This document shows, in pieces, positions 1-13,097 of a DNA stretch of 64,000 bases. The DNA is taken from assembly GCA_030264375.1 (NCBI GenBank), contig JASCQW010000122.1, positions 27,859,642 to 27,923,641 of the forward strand, written 5' to 3'. Within the stretch, counting starts at the first letter, position 1; the number at the start of each line of letters is the position of its first letter. This stretch comes from Carcharhinus longimanus (Eukaryota). The translations under genes were made by a program, and so were the position numbers. Under the pieces are notes generated by a model. That model was not told the DNA's origin, searched no databases, and worked only from the letters and a program-made list of their open reading frames with translations.

Positions 1-73
1 ATCCAGATCATTAATAAAAATTACAAACAACAGTGGCCCCAAAACAGATCCCTGAGGCACACCACTCGTAACT
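1..73 (-). mobile_element. CR1-clade LINE reverse transcriptase fragment
   Basis: Minus strand translates [24 protein letters not shown], the canonical CR1 RT motif. Confidence 0.9.
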
Positions 74-2224
74 GTATTCAGCTCCTTTATTCTTCAACAG
101 ATTCTATATATTACTGCCAAGTTGCTTTCAAGACCATATGTATGCAGTCAATTGCAGGAAACCCGAGACTGCTAAAAATCCCAGCATTTTGGCAGCCTGG
201 CTTTTGGGATCCAGGTGGAATTGTACAAATTGGTGTACTTCCATAAACAGGGCATTAATGCCTTCCCGTATGCACTTGTGTGTCACTCGCTGGGGGATCT
301 GGCAAAAAAAAATTCAAGGTGGCAGTGACATTCGATGCCACTGGCATGGAATGCCCTCCAAGTCCTTGCAGCCACGATTCATCCTGGAGAAGCTGGCAGA
401 TACGAGCAACCACATCTGGTGACAGGTGAAGGCGTCCTCAGCATTGCCTTTAGCTCATTTCTAGATAAGAGCTCCGCCTGTGAATTCACCCATTGTCAGA
501 CCAATGGTCACTGTTTCATGGATGGACCCTGTTTGAAGACGCTGGCTAGAAAGTGAAGATGCTGGCAGTTTTTTGAGGCTCTGCTCCCTCTTGCTACTCA
601 GGCTGTTGCTCCTCCTGGCCTTGTGCTAATTTCTGATGGGCCTTCCTTCTACTTATTGATGACAGCTAGTAACAAGGTTGGATTGCTTGCATTCTGCATC
701 TTCAATGCTTCAGTGGCGTTCAGTGGAGTTCAGTGGAATGTATTGAAGTTATACATTTGGTGAGCATATCCTTAACAGGTTTCTCGCCACCTCCAAGCCT
801 GCAGGCCTGTGTTAAGCCTTTACCTGGCCTCTGTCCAGACATGACACCTGTACCCTGGAGGACCAGAGATGGGTGTTCCCCTATCCATACATGAGTGTGA
901 ATGGGGTGATGAGAGCCATCTGTGAGAAGGCTGCCTCTGACAATATTCAGCTTGCCTTCATTACCCTCAAGACACAATATAAAGACCATTGCCTTGGCAC
1001 GGTAGACTCACTACACAAGCCCTTGTCAGCTCTAACCATATACCAAGGGGGATGGAGATTTGCAATTGGGATTTAGCTGCCATTCAGAAGTTGTGCCTCT
1101 TGGAGGAATTCATTACCCTCCCTCATTTCCTTAATCCCTGCCTCCGACAGCAACAGATGGCCAATCGCACAGATTCAATGTCAGCTCCAGACCTTGATGG
1201 ATTTTGATTGGGATGTGAGCCATGTTGTTTTATTGGATAGTTGAACCTCGAGATCACATTCAGCTGAGCACAGATGTCCATGGAGTGAACGAATGATTAA
1301 AAGGGTGCCCTTTTACTCAACTTAATTGATGTGTCATTAACTCTTTCTACCTGTTTTGAGACCCTACCAGATTGATTCTTTGCAAGTTTTTAGTAACTAC
1401 ACAACAACCTTTACACTTACAGGATGATGCACTTAAAGTTTGGTAATACATCCTCAAAAAGTAGTTTGGTGATCTTTTTATTTATGCACTTAATGCATTT
1501 CACCTGAAGTTCAAGAGTATGCAATTTGGGGATTTTGAAGAGACGATGTGGATATGCTGCCGCAACCCCTTTCTGAGAAACTGAAGTCTATTTGCTGAAC
1601 TCAAATCATAGAAGTATATTGTCAAGTGTAGTAATTTCTCAGAGCTATTGGGAGGTCTTCAAATGCTCATTGAAATTCACTGTGATGTTGCACTCATCTG
1701 GTTATTGATACCTCCAACTCCCTCTTCAGTAACTTTGGTCAGTGCTTTTAAGATACTGTTTGACTCACTTCCACCTTCATTGCCTCATTTGTTATTCCAC
1801 CACCATACAATTCCTCCAGTGAAACGATTCATCATAAAGGTGTTTTCCAAAGTGATTCCTAAGGATCTAAGAGACAAACTGAACCTTTAGGTGATAGACA
1901 CTGTGCAAACAGACCTACAATAGCTTTAGAGTTTGTCTAGCCTTGTGGACCCTGGTTTGGGAGTTACTGACCCCAATATATTTTCCATTTTACAAATTCT
2001 TGCTTTATGAAATGTTGACAGATCTATAGAATTGATTTTCTTCAACAGTATCCTCACCTGGTTCCAGCATCCAATGAGCACCAAATGTTTTTATTCCAAA
2101 AATTTTCATGTAACCTATATTGCTAGCAATTAATTGTCAGAGTTACCAATTTCCAAGGATCTATTGTTGGGATATTCTGGTTAAATTGGCACTAAGATTT
2201 ACCATGCATTATTATAGAGAGCTG

Positions 2225-2460
2225 TGGCCAGATAGTAGGCAAGCTTTTTTAATACTTCACAAGTATTTGAGGGGAGGCAGTAGGAAGGAAAATGGCTTAC
2301 ATTTAGTATCAGTGAACATCACTCTCTTTTCTAATGAATAGTTGATGTGGCCATGTGCTATTGCAACCACACATTTGCTATCTTCAAATCTTTTGGAAAG
2401 GAATGGCAATCCGATAGTTTAGCTCATTGGTACAGGACAGCAATGTAGAAAGCAATGGTA
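2225..2460 (-). pseudogene. Decayed THAP zinc-finger domain (P-element/THAP9-like transposon fossil)
   Basis: With frameshifts, the minus strand reads C..C-T-N ... HSFPKDLKIANVWLQ ... C..HF ... LKK-A(V)PTIWP. This matches the THAP order C-C, FP, W, CxxHF, AVPTIF box. Confidence 0.4.
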
Positions 2461-2494
2461 ATTAGATTCCAAATACGAAATTTACTGAGTCCCA

Positions 2495-2987
2495 AAAACC
2501 TTTCACAGATGCACCATAGAAAGCATTCTTTCTGGTTGTATCACAACTTGGTATGTCTCCTGCTCTGCCCAAGACCACAAGAAACTACAAAGGTCATGAA
2601 TGAAGCCCAGTCCATCACGCAAACCAGCCTTCCATCCATTTATTCTGTTTACACTTCCTGCTACCTCAGAAAAGTAACCAGCATAATTAAGACCCCACGC
2701 AGCCTGGACATACCCTCTTCCACCTTCTTCCATTGGGAAAAAGATACAAAGGTCTGAGGTCATATACCAACTGACTCAGGAACAGGTTCTTCCCTGCTAC
2801 CATCAGATGAATGGACCTGCCTTGCACTAAGTTGATCTTTCTCTACTCCCTCAGCTATGACTGTAACACTACATTCTGCAGTCTCCCCTTTCCTTCTGTA
2901 TGAATAGTATGCTTTGTCGGTACAACATGCAAGAAACAATACTTTCACTGCATACTAATACATGTGACAATAATAAATCAAATCAAA
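2495..2987 (+). mobile_element. Rex1/Babar-clade LINE 3' end
   Basis: Reads RCTIESILSGCITTWY...AQSITQTSLPSIYSVYTSCYLRKVTSIIK...GKRYKGLRS...FFP, followed by a 3' UTR ending AATAAATCAAATCAAA. Confidence 0.85.
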
Positions 2988-3214
2988 AAACAGACAAAAT
3001 GCAAACAGGGCAAATCTACTGGCGTCAGATTTTGCCTTCATGGTGCTTTGGAACAGGACAACCATGTTGTCTTTTCAGAGGTGTAAATTCTTGGTGAGAT
3101 CCAAAAGTGACATCAGTCTCACTATCTCTCTTCACATTTGTGAAGTTCAACAGAGCTGTGTCTGGAAGTACCTGTCCTACCCTAACTATAGTTTTGTCTC
3201 ACATCTAATGCGTT

Positions 3215-3440
3215 GATCTTCCATCTCTCCATTGCTTGCTTGTGCTCCTATTTTTCATGCTGCACTATTGAAATCTTAGCCTTCATCATCTTGAAGATTG
3301 AATTCTGTAATACTGTCCACACTGGCCTCCTCTTTCACCCTTCAAAAAGTCTGGTTAGTTCAGAACTCTGTGGTCATGTCCTACCTTGTCCACACATCCC
3401 TGTGTTCTGTTGTTTACTTACACCCAGGTGAATTGGTTTC
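3215..3440 (+). mobile_element. Old L2-clade LINE ORF2 remnant
   Basis: AFIILKIEFCNTVHTGL resembles the L2 motif HAxxxSRLDYCNxLLxGL. Confidence 0.45.
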
Positions 3441-4439
3441 AAATTGCTGCACTTTAGTTAAATGATTTTCTCAAAATGTACGTTTCACCACTAACACCAG
3501 ACTCCTATCAAGTTGGATTCCATTTAAGACTCCATTTCCTTCTTCTGGCACCAGATCCATTATTTCAATAACTGCTAATCCATTTTTTTCCTTCACTACC
3601 TGATGGTAAACAGGTCAAAATGAAGTGGAAATAAAAATCAGGCGCATTTGACATCGGAGTGATGATTTATTTTACAATCCACATGATGGAAATGAAAATT
3701 ACCCTAAGCCCTTGTTTTGTAAAATGAATTCTCCAGGTCATTTTGCCATACTATTTTGTTCCTTACCTTCAAAAGGTTTGGAAAATCTTTCTCTTGACCC
3801 TGTGGATGTCTTATTCCCTTCTTTCTTTTATTCAGCTTAGATAAACTTAATCTTTTCCATGTATTTTACCACTTCCAATGGCCTTATTTTAAAGTGAGGA
3901 GTGTTACACAATTGTAAGTAATTGACAAGGAGTGTTGGCAGGTTATTCATTCTGGAATAATAACATAGTCAACTTCTACTACAGATGTAACCCCAATGAA
4001 ACACATTTTCACTTTCTAAGAGGGCCAGTGGATCATGAGACTTTGGTTACATTTTGCATTCCATCACTCAAGGGTATGATTGGCTCATAGTGAAATAACC
4101 TCCTGATCCTCACTTTTCAGATTTCCTGAGGAAATTGTGTTCAGCAAAAGTACTGCAGTTTTTTTCCAAGGTATTAATAAGATGCCATCATTGTCATTTT
4201 TTACTTCAATAAATCCAGCTTTTTTACTCTTACAAATATGGCATAATTTTTTCTCAATCCAATTTTGTTGTATTGTTATGTAAGTTAATTATTTTTGTTC
4301 TTCATATAACATAAATAAATTATAATTTCAATGCTCTCAAAATCATTCATGGCCAGGAATCACAATGGCCCAGATCTTCTGATCAGCAGCAATGCAATGG
4401 TAGCCTCAACATTTTTTAGTCTTCCAATTGGGATTTCCT

Positions 4440-5020
4440 ATCCAGGAGCAAGGATAGAGGTATAGTCATAGGAATCCACATGGAGGACTGGCGGGATGGG
4501 GGTTGGTAAATAGCAGTGGAAGGGAGAGTGGGGCTGAGCACTGTTGGGGATGAGAGGGTTGAAAATTTTCATGAGGGAGTGAGCATTATTAGGAAAGGGG
4601 ATGAAGGGGGAGATTTTGAATGGGTGAACATTGTTCATGGGGATGTTGGGGCATGAGCCTTGCTGGAGGTGTGGGAGACCGTGAACATGGTGGGGTAGGG
4701 GGGGGCGGTGGCGGTGCGAATATTGTCATGGGTGTGGAGGGGATGAGTATTGTCAGGGGTAAGAATTGTTGGGTTGTAGGGTAAGGGAAATGAATGTTGT
4801 TGAAGCGCTAGTGATTGTCAGAATGTGCAGTGAGGAACGGTGAACATTNNNNNNNNNNNNNNNNNNNNNNNNNNNNNNNNNNNNNNNNNNNNNNNNNNNN
4901 NNNNNNNNNNNNNNNNNNNNNNNNNNNNNNNNNNNNNNNNNNNNNNNNGAATGTTGTTGCAGCGATAGGGATTGTCAGTATGTGCAGTGAGGAACGGTGA
5001 ACATTTTCGGGGAGCGGTAG
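4440..5020. repeat. G-rich low-complexity tract spanning a gap, with a near-duplicate ~55-bp unit on each side
   Basis: GAATGTTGTTGxAGCGxTAGxGATTGTCAGxATGTGCAGTGAGGAACGGTGAACATT occurs before and after the N-run at 4849-4948. Confidence 0.6.
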
Positions 5021-6389
5021 GATTTCTTTTTAGGCTTTTCCATTACAGCTAGTAATCATTGTGCTACACCTGTAATTATGAGGGGGAAAAAGATGAACAG
5101 GATGTCAAGTCCACATCATCGATACAAAGCCAAATTCCCTTTGCCAAGAAGTTTCTTCCGGTCCTACTGTTGAGTCTGTGGATTGGACACTTCTATGATG
5201 TGGTGCATAGTTTACTCTACCATAGGCACATAGGCAGAATTGCTCTGTGCCCAGGCAGTGCAATTCTGCCTACAGGAAGTTTTAACCTCCTGGATAAATA
5301 CCACATGTGTGCACATCGGGACTTCCTCAGGATTCCACGTGCAACACTGGGGATTGTCTGGTTGCCATTGGAAGATCCAGTCCATAGTTTCAGCTGTGTA
5401 ATACATAGTTGCACATGCAGGAAAACTATAATGTTCAGTGATGTTCATTCAGAAGAAACAGTGCCATCTAGGTGTAATAAGTAATCTTTACTTTGTGTTA
5501 AATTATTTAAATAGCCTGGTTTGTGAAATAAGTTATATCAAGATCATCCTCTGTTGTCTGTAGAGAGAATGGGCAGATTTTCCAAATTGAATTCTATCCA
5601 TTCATAAAATTTGATAACCAGGAAATTTCTTGGGGCTGGAAAAAGGGAGTGAAAGTTGCATTAAATATAACATTTGTGGCCTGATAATGATTGCCAGTAT
5701 TTAAACATTAATACCAGGCATCTAATTTATGTAATTGTTTAATTTAAATAAATTAAGTTTAACGTGATGCAACTAATTTTAAAATGGTTGTTTTTATTTT
5801 AGTTGGAAACAACACTGAGGATGAATTCAAAAGTATAAAATTCAAATTACACCATGCTTTGCATTTCATTATTTCAATATTGAAACAACGGAAATGATTC
5901 TTGGCAATTTGTAAGAAACTTCCACCAGAATTTGGAATATTGTAATTCTAATCTCTCATCTTCCAAAAATGCCTTCCATAAAAGCTGTAAGGTAATTTTA
6001 ATGTATTAACTGTAACTATTATTTATTCCATCTCATCACATTAGTTAAAGACAAAATGCAAATTTCAACATTTATTGGGTTCGAGGTCGCTGCTTTGCTT
6101 TGCAGTTGGTATTGGTTGTATTGTAGTCATTCTAACCTTCAGTATGCAGAATCTTCCTTTCCTTTCAAGTGGAAATTGAATTCCATTATCTCATAGTGAT
6201 GTTCCTTGAATCAGAATTGAAATTTCAATTTGACCAGTTTATGTGAATTTGTGATAAATGTGTCATGAAGGAATAATTATTTGTACACACATTAATGTGC
6301 CTTTGTTGTCTGTTTCATACAGATAATGGCTTTTTAAGTGTCAGAACAAAGGTTTATGGACTACCTTTCTGGATTTATATGTCATCATA

Positions 6390-6724
6390 GATGTTAGGAT
6401 CTCCTTGAAGAAAAGACAAATTGATGTTGATACATGGGACAAACTTGCTGCTAACCATCCTATGTCGTTGTGCCTCATCTAACAAGCTCAACTCAGCTGA
6501 AAACTGACCACATAAACTCTGCTGCAGAGAAGAGATGAAAGCTGAATAAAGCAGAAAAGAGAGCTGAACCCTAACTCAAGAAACCATCTTCCTCAGTGCA
6601 ATTTTTGTCCTCTCTGCTCAAACATCTGTGACTCAAAGATTAGCTAGCTGAGCCACCTGAGGACACAAATCATGAGGTATGGCAGACGTCATCCTTGTTT
6701 TGAGGATCTGACAATGGCAATGAC
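6390..6724 (+). mobile_element. RTE-clade (BovB-like) LINE 3' end
   Basis: DVRISLKKRQIDVDTWDKLAANHP followed by the terminal zinc-finger-like CPLCSNICDSKIS*LSHLRTQ (RTE consensus CPxCxRxCxSRIGLxSHLRTH). Confidence 0.75.
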
Positions 6725-8033
6725 AGAATGTATTGTAACTGTGAGACAATGAGTATGAGGTAGGTGTTTATGAAATCTGCTACCAACCCTCCTGTTGGAG
6801 AGTCATTCACATTTCGAGATCTTAAGATCAAAGCATTGTGATGCAACTGTTCATCATAATGTACAAAGAACAAGTTTAGGAATTGAGGTGGGGAAAGTTC
6901 AGTGTGTCTGCATAACATAAAAGAGTGTTATGTTACAAGTACATAGTACAAACTTTGCATGTTTAACATATCAATTCAGAAGAAAGTTGTGCTTCACATT
7001 CTGTGGTAAGTACAGAACCAATAGATGAGGGATGAAACAGGGAAGGGAACTGAAAGGGACAGAATTGGAAAAAAAGCAACATTATGGTGAGATTTAGTTC
7101 TAATAAGTATAGGAATTAGAAAGGTTAACAAGAAGAGTGGTGGAGTTGGAACAAAAAGCATGGAGTTATGAGACTTCATTCGTGAAGATTTAGTGGATAA
7201 TCCTCTGCTGAGTCAGCATCAATACTTAAAGAAGTAAAGGTTGTGATAATATTTAGACAATGGTTAAAAGGGGAGAAATTGAATTATGCAAGAATGGAGT
7301 ATAACTTTGTTATAGCATGGACGTGATGTTGAGAAAGGGAATTTAATAGGCAACAAAGCCATAGTTTTCAGTAATTGAGATTGACGTTGTTTTGAGGACA
7401 GAGAAACCTAGGGTGGAATCTTCACCTCCTGTCATCAGCAGGACTCAGTGGCAGGTGGGGGCTGAATGTATGGCAGGAAACAAAAGCCAAATTACTTTTT
7501 AACTAAGACATGGGTTTTTACAAGCCAATAATACCTGCAAATACAAATCCTGAGAACGTAATTCAGTTACAGCCTGTAAAGTTCCTATGTGGATTATATT
7601 CAGTCCCAAGAGAGACCGTGGAATGTCATACCTTTTTTGAGACAGAGACACTTCAAAGGAAGAGATGCAATACAAAAGCTGAACTGTAATTTGCTGTGAA
7701 GATAATAGAAATTGATTACCATTTCAGCAGAAACCATCTACTGTTAGCTATATCCCAGACTGCGAAGGTGATGAGACGAAAGAACCCAATTTTTTTAGCA
7801 AAAGACATGTTTGTGTTTTCCAAATCTCAGAATTACACATGAAAATGGGTTAAAAACCAACTGCAACTTTGGTTTCTGGATGCTAGTCTGGTGTTGTAGT
7901 TCTACTAAGCTGGTGTGTGCAATGAAGGTTGCAGTTGAAGAACATCCAGCACCCCTGTCCTTACAGGTAAAAAAATCTCTTTCTCTGCTAGAAGCAAGTC
8001 ACAAGTCAGCCACATTCAGAAAGTTTTACTTAC

Positions 8034-8236
8034 CCTAGAAGTATGGGTTAAATCATTGACCCTTTGCCAGCACTGCAGTGTGGTCCTTCTCTACACCCAC
8101 CATTGCTGACTGCCATGGTTATGTTCTCCCAGGCTGCAGTGCTAATCTGTGGTCATCCCTGGGGAAGAGGATATCCTGCTTTTTTGGAATTGTCTCCATA
8201 GGATGTTCCAAGGACGCATGGCTGAAGCAGGGAGCC
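8034..8236 (-). pseudogene. Harbinger Myb/SANT-like DNA-binding gene, exon 1 fossil
   Basis: APCFSHASLEHPMETIPKKQDILFPRDD...AAWENITMAVS...RTTLQCWQRVNDLTHTSR, ending at a GTAAGT donor. This is the trihelix/MSANTD-NAIF1-type pattern. Confidence 0.7.
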
Positions 8237-10879
8237 GGGCTTGTTGCCTTTCCTAACTCATTCTTTCTTCTTGTTTATGAAGGGCCGTTTGTGTACTTTT
8301 TAAATATGTCATCCCTGCACTATATTGGGACACCTGTTTTCCTGGCTGCCCCCCCATGAGACTCAGTGTGGAACACATGCATGCATAACTGTTGATGTTG
8401 AGAGCTCACAATCTGCATAAAAACCCACCCCTCCACAGTGCAAATTACTCCTGCTTTGAGCTGGCTGCAGCAGCTGTCACCCCACTGATCACTAGAGTTG
8501 ATTCGGCTGACCTGGCTGGCTAGGCAGGTGTCCCCCTTCCCTCACAGCTCCATGTGAGAACCTCCTGAAGCTCAGTGCTCACTTGCAGAGGATGACCCCC
8601 TAGAAGAGGACCGCTCTGCCGATCTAGGGTATATGACTTAGTTACACTCCCTCTTAGCTTGCCGTGGAATCCATAGCAGCAGGGGAAGATTTTGCCACTA
8701 ATTCAAAAGTGTAAGCCCACACCAGAAAATGCGAGACAATCTGAGAGTAAAGTATTAGTCTGCAAACTTTTGTGGCTGTCCAATTGGTTCCTAATTATGA
8801 ACTCAGAGTTCTTACCTCAGACAGGCATGAGGTGGTCACTAATGCTGAAATAAGATGACTTTAATGCTGTGATGTCGTTCTGCCACCATGAGTGAGATTT
8901 TAATTTGTTCAGAACCCACTCATTAGCAAAGTGTTAAAATCAGGCGCTGCATTAACACTTTTAATGATAGGGAAAATCAATTGGAGAAACTAAAGTTGAA
9001 TGAAGGCGGGAAGGAGATCACAAAGTCACCGGAGAAGTGTCGCAGGGAATGTTGGTGATAAGGGCAGATGTTTCCCTTTCATTATTTCCCTTCTCCTCTT
9101 CCTAATGTTGCATCCCTTGCTCAGGTACAAGATGACGGGAACCCACTTCCCTGAAGGAGACCGCTGGCAAACCCAACAAGCTTTGCTGTATAGCCTTCTG
9201 AAGGGAGAGCTGCCCGGCCCCATTTAGTTCCAAAGCCACCACTAATTTTTGGTGGGCTTATCAGCCACTTTTGTCTTCCAATTTAATTGGGGATGGTTTT
9301 GCCACCATCAGAAGACTAACACAGAGTCTTTCCCATTATTAAATAGACCTGGCCATTATGTTCCCACAAAATAGGCTGCATTTAATCCAGCCCAAAGGAG
9401 CAAATGGATAATGGAAGGTTTCTAAAAGGTAACCTGAAATTTTTGCACAAATGTAAGGAGCATCAGGAATAAACTTTTGAAATTAGCAGCACAAGTGACG
9501 ATATTGACTTGATTGGCATGACAACATGAGAAGCTGAGGAAGTGTAGAATATGTAACTTGCCGAGAACTGGCATTATTGATAAGAAATTATGGAACAGCA
9601 TTACATTGGATTGATATAACATCAGAAGGGAAGAGAGCAAAAGCAGTTTGCATTGAAATTAGCAAAAAGGAAGGCAAAAATTAGTAACAAATGTACAGAA
9701 TTTAAGGCAACAGAGGGAGTAGAAATTGTAGAACATCAATTCTTTTAGGAACTTTATTTAAATGAAACAAGGGAATTCCAAGCTAGTATCCAATCATTGC
9801 TTTTTTTCCCACATTATACTTCATCATATTGATCATTTTGTGTTTGTTTAGTGCCATTGAAATTTAGCCCTCTCGTCTTCCGAGAGAATACTGATGCTTC
9901 GGAGATGTGTCTATGTTATGAGGAGAAGCTTATTTTCCTTGGTGAAGCAGAAAAAGGCATTGATGTTGTAGATATAAAATGGTTTTGTGAGTCACAGAAT
10001 GAAAAGGATGCAGGTAATTAAAAAACCTAAGCGGCATTAGACTAATTAAAGCTTTTAGTTTCAGCAAGAGAAGTGGGTATGAGAAGTGAAGCCCCTTAAA
10101 ACAGCTGATATTCTGCTGGTTAACACTTTAAAAATAAACATTTGAATAGAAACAGAACCTGGAGCTCAAAGGTGCAGATGAGAGGATGAGTCAATATTCT
10201 AGGATTTTACTTGATTATGTTGGGGAATTTATGATTATTTACACAAAACTTTCCCTTGGGAGATTAAGTGGGTGGCTCTGATAGAGTAGATTGTAGATAA
10301 TCTGAGTTGATAATAGAGTGAATTGAGGATGGTTTGTTGAAGGAATGGATTGATGGGTCAAATGACCTTTTGTTCAATTTCTTCTTATTTCTAAATAAAG
10401 TACAATTTATTTAATTTCATGCATTGAACCTTACGGGATTCATATGCAAGTATTAAAGATAGTAATGCAAATGTAGCAAAATTTTACATTACAACTGATG
10501 TTTTGTTTCACAAAGTAAACATTCACCAAAATCTATCCACAAATTGGTGCTGGAGAGATTATTTGTTGGGATCATTAGAGTTATTGTGGCACGGACTTCT
10601 GTATTTCTTCATATAGACAAAAAATAAATCAGACAGGTCAAACAGTGCAGATCTAATCTTACTGTAGGCTGAAAACATAGTAGCTCTATCTGCCACTGGG
10701 GTATAGTCAAGCATACGGTGACCCTGCTGTGAACCGGAGAGGAAGAGGGATCACCAGCAGGTGCAGTCTGACAGAACTCAATGTCGCATTCAAGTTTATT
10801 CTTTGTACATTTCTGAGAACCACAGGATTGTGTTTTTAATCGAATACCCCAGGGTTTTCCCCTGCATTCTCACAATTAC

Positions 10880-10912
10880 CTGAACAAGAAAAGGAGAATT
10901 CTTCTTCGACAT
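10880..10912 (-). CDS. Candidate first coding exon MSKKNSPFLVQ (unassigned gene)
   Basis: GTTGCC-ATG context and a CAG|GTAATT donor, in a region without recognisable repeats. No downstream exon identified. Confidence 0.2.
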
Positions 10913-13097
10913 GGCAACTTCGGTCAAGGGCAGTTCAGATTAAAGCCATGATTGGCACAGGTTGCAGACTGGAAAAGCCAGAAAAATCAAAAATCAAACC
11001 TTCCTGTTTAATAGAAACAAATTGCTCTCCACTTCACAGTGACACAGATAGCAGTCCATTTGTGCCTCCTGCTCTTTGTTGAGAACAACAGAAAGGAAAT
11101 GTACTCGTCCTGGGAAGGATAAAGTTCTAGCCTTTTGTTACATTTAGTTATCTTACGCTGAGCAACAACCACAGCAGTTAAGTAGTTGAGGTAGCTTGTA
11201 CATTTGTTTGATTAAAGTTCTGTAACACTGGCCAGAGCAGAAACAGCTCAGCTGCATGTAATAGAGATGAATGAAAGATTTGTTAGTGATCAGTCAGCAA
11301 GACACAGCAGCATTGTTTTTTTTCCCTTCAACAGACCTTGAATAGATGCTTGTGAGTAGTCTGCCACTTAGTATGGAAGTAAGAGAACTTTAAAAAAGTA
11401 TCTTTGCTTGAATCTGTGAAGTTCTAGCTGGGTATTTTTGACTGAAGTTGAAAGAGATAAATAAAGGTCCATGGTGATTTAATTAAAGAAAAATGTAGAG
11501 ACACACTTTGTAATAGGAGCTGGTTTGTTTGCCCGTATTGTCGAGCTAACCTTTCACCTATATATTGTTAGGGTTAGCAATGGTGATGTTTCAACACTGC
11601 AAACCCATTTCACTTTAAACACAGGATGAAAGAGTTCTAGATAGAAAAGTAAATACACTAAATTATGACCATTTTTGAAAAGGAAACCAAAATAATAGGC
11701 AGGAGTTTGTGACATATTCCATGTCAAGTATGGGTGCATATTGTGCCAGCCCTAAAAATTAACCCCCATTCAATCCCAATTTTAACTTAGTTATTCTGCT
11801 GTGGCTAAGGCATAAAAGTTTGGAGAGGTTTGCATTTCTGGAAACATGGAGGAAATTCTGTTAATCTGGAAATTAGATTGCACACATTGGGCCCTCCTCC
11901 TGCTTTCAGGTCAATTGTTTTACTAAAATGGTCAGCTCATGGCCTCTTCCTGCTACCTTTGGCATTTTACAAGCAGTTGGAAGGCCCTCTGCCTTATGAA
12001 AAGACTACCAGGTGTACACTGGCAACTATCCTATGGACTCAGGAGATGTGGGCCAATGGAAGGGCCCCCATGCTAGCAATAGCCAATCTTGCATCAACAC
12101 CAGTCCCTGCCCTTAACGACTATCTAAGCCTATGGCCTCAACAACCACTCACCTTGTTCTGAGGGTGGTGTCCATTGCTGCATCCTCTTAGCTGGGTGCA
12201 GTCTCAGCAATGTCACCGATCCCAGTAACACTACTTGCACTGAAAAGCTGCTGGCCATCTAATTTCTTGGAAACTCTAGGAGCCCTGATAGCAGCTTATT
12301 AGCTGCTGGGTGGGCCTAGCTGCTGGTTACTCCTGCCAACAGCTGAGGCAGCATTGTTCCTGGCTTTCTGGCCTATCATCAGGGCCCCTGCTGCTTCAAC
12401 AAAATTTAGTCTTTAGGCTGGGAATTCCCATGTAACTTCTCCTGCTGCATTGTCGGAAGTATCACTAGAGCTGTAATTAGATGTATTTCTGGAAGTTTTG
12501 TCACATTACCTTCCTCAACTTCCAGTCAACACATCCATCCTTCTGATGCACTGCCTTCCGAAGTCCTTTAGAAAACAAAAACATCTGTTACCCGGTTGGA
12601 CGTGGCTCGACTGCTTGACTGTCAGTCAAACTGCACCCCCCCCCACAACTCTCCCCGCCCCAGGATGCCACAATTCTGGAGGGTATAGCAGAAGTCCTCA
12701 TATTAATATAACCCACTTAGCAGGATTGGCTACAAGTTTTACATTCAGCCCAGTTTTACATAATAGATTTTACCTGAAAGTGCATTATCAGATTCCCTCC
12801 ATATCTCACTGGGTAAGTAAGGTTAGAAAGGTGCTTTTGATGCATTTATGATGTTCCAAAAGCAAAATGGGAACAGCTGTGATGAAAGTTCCAGTCTCAT
12901 AGTCATAGCATGTTACAACACAGAAATGCTTGCCAATGAACCAAGCACCTGATATTTTTTAGGACATTTTAAGTAGTGGAAATACAAAATGTCATATTAA
13001 ATGCCAAAGTGACATTTCTAACACAAAGAGCAAAGTTTTAATTTTGTGTAAATTAAAACTAGTGTGAAGTTACAGTGATGAGAGTAACATAATTAAT

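Noticed and set aside
138-1207. Several overlapping 67-94 aa ORFs
   Set aside because: No recognisable domain; probably decayed transposon or neutral sequence.
5803-5990. AG...GT bounded segment resembling an exon
   Set aside because: All three frames contain stops and there is no other support.
9850-10020. Exon-like segment ending CAG|GTAATT
   Set aside because: The sequence resembles a decayed CR1 3' region (TATGAGGAGA...TTTTCCTTGG).
11187-11240. let-7-like TGAGGTAG...TTGTACA
   Set aside because: About three nucleotides of the mature sequence are missing and no convincing precursor hairpin forms.
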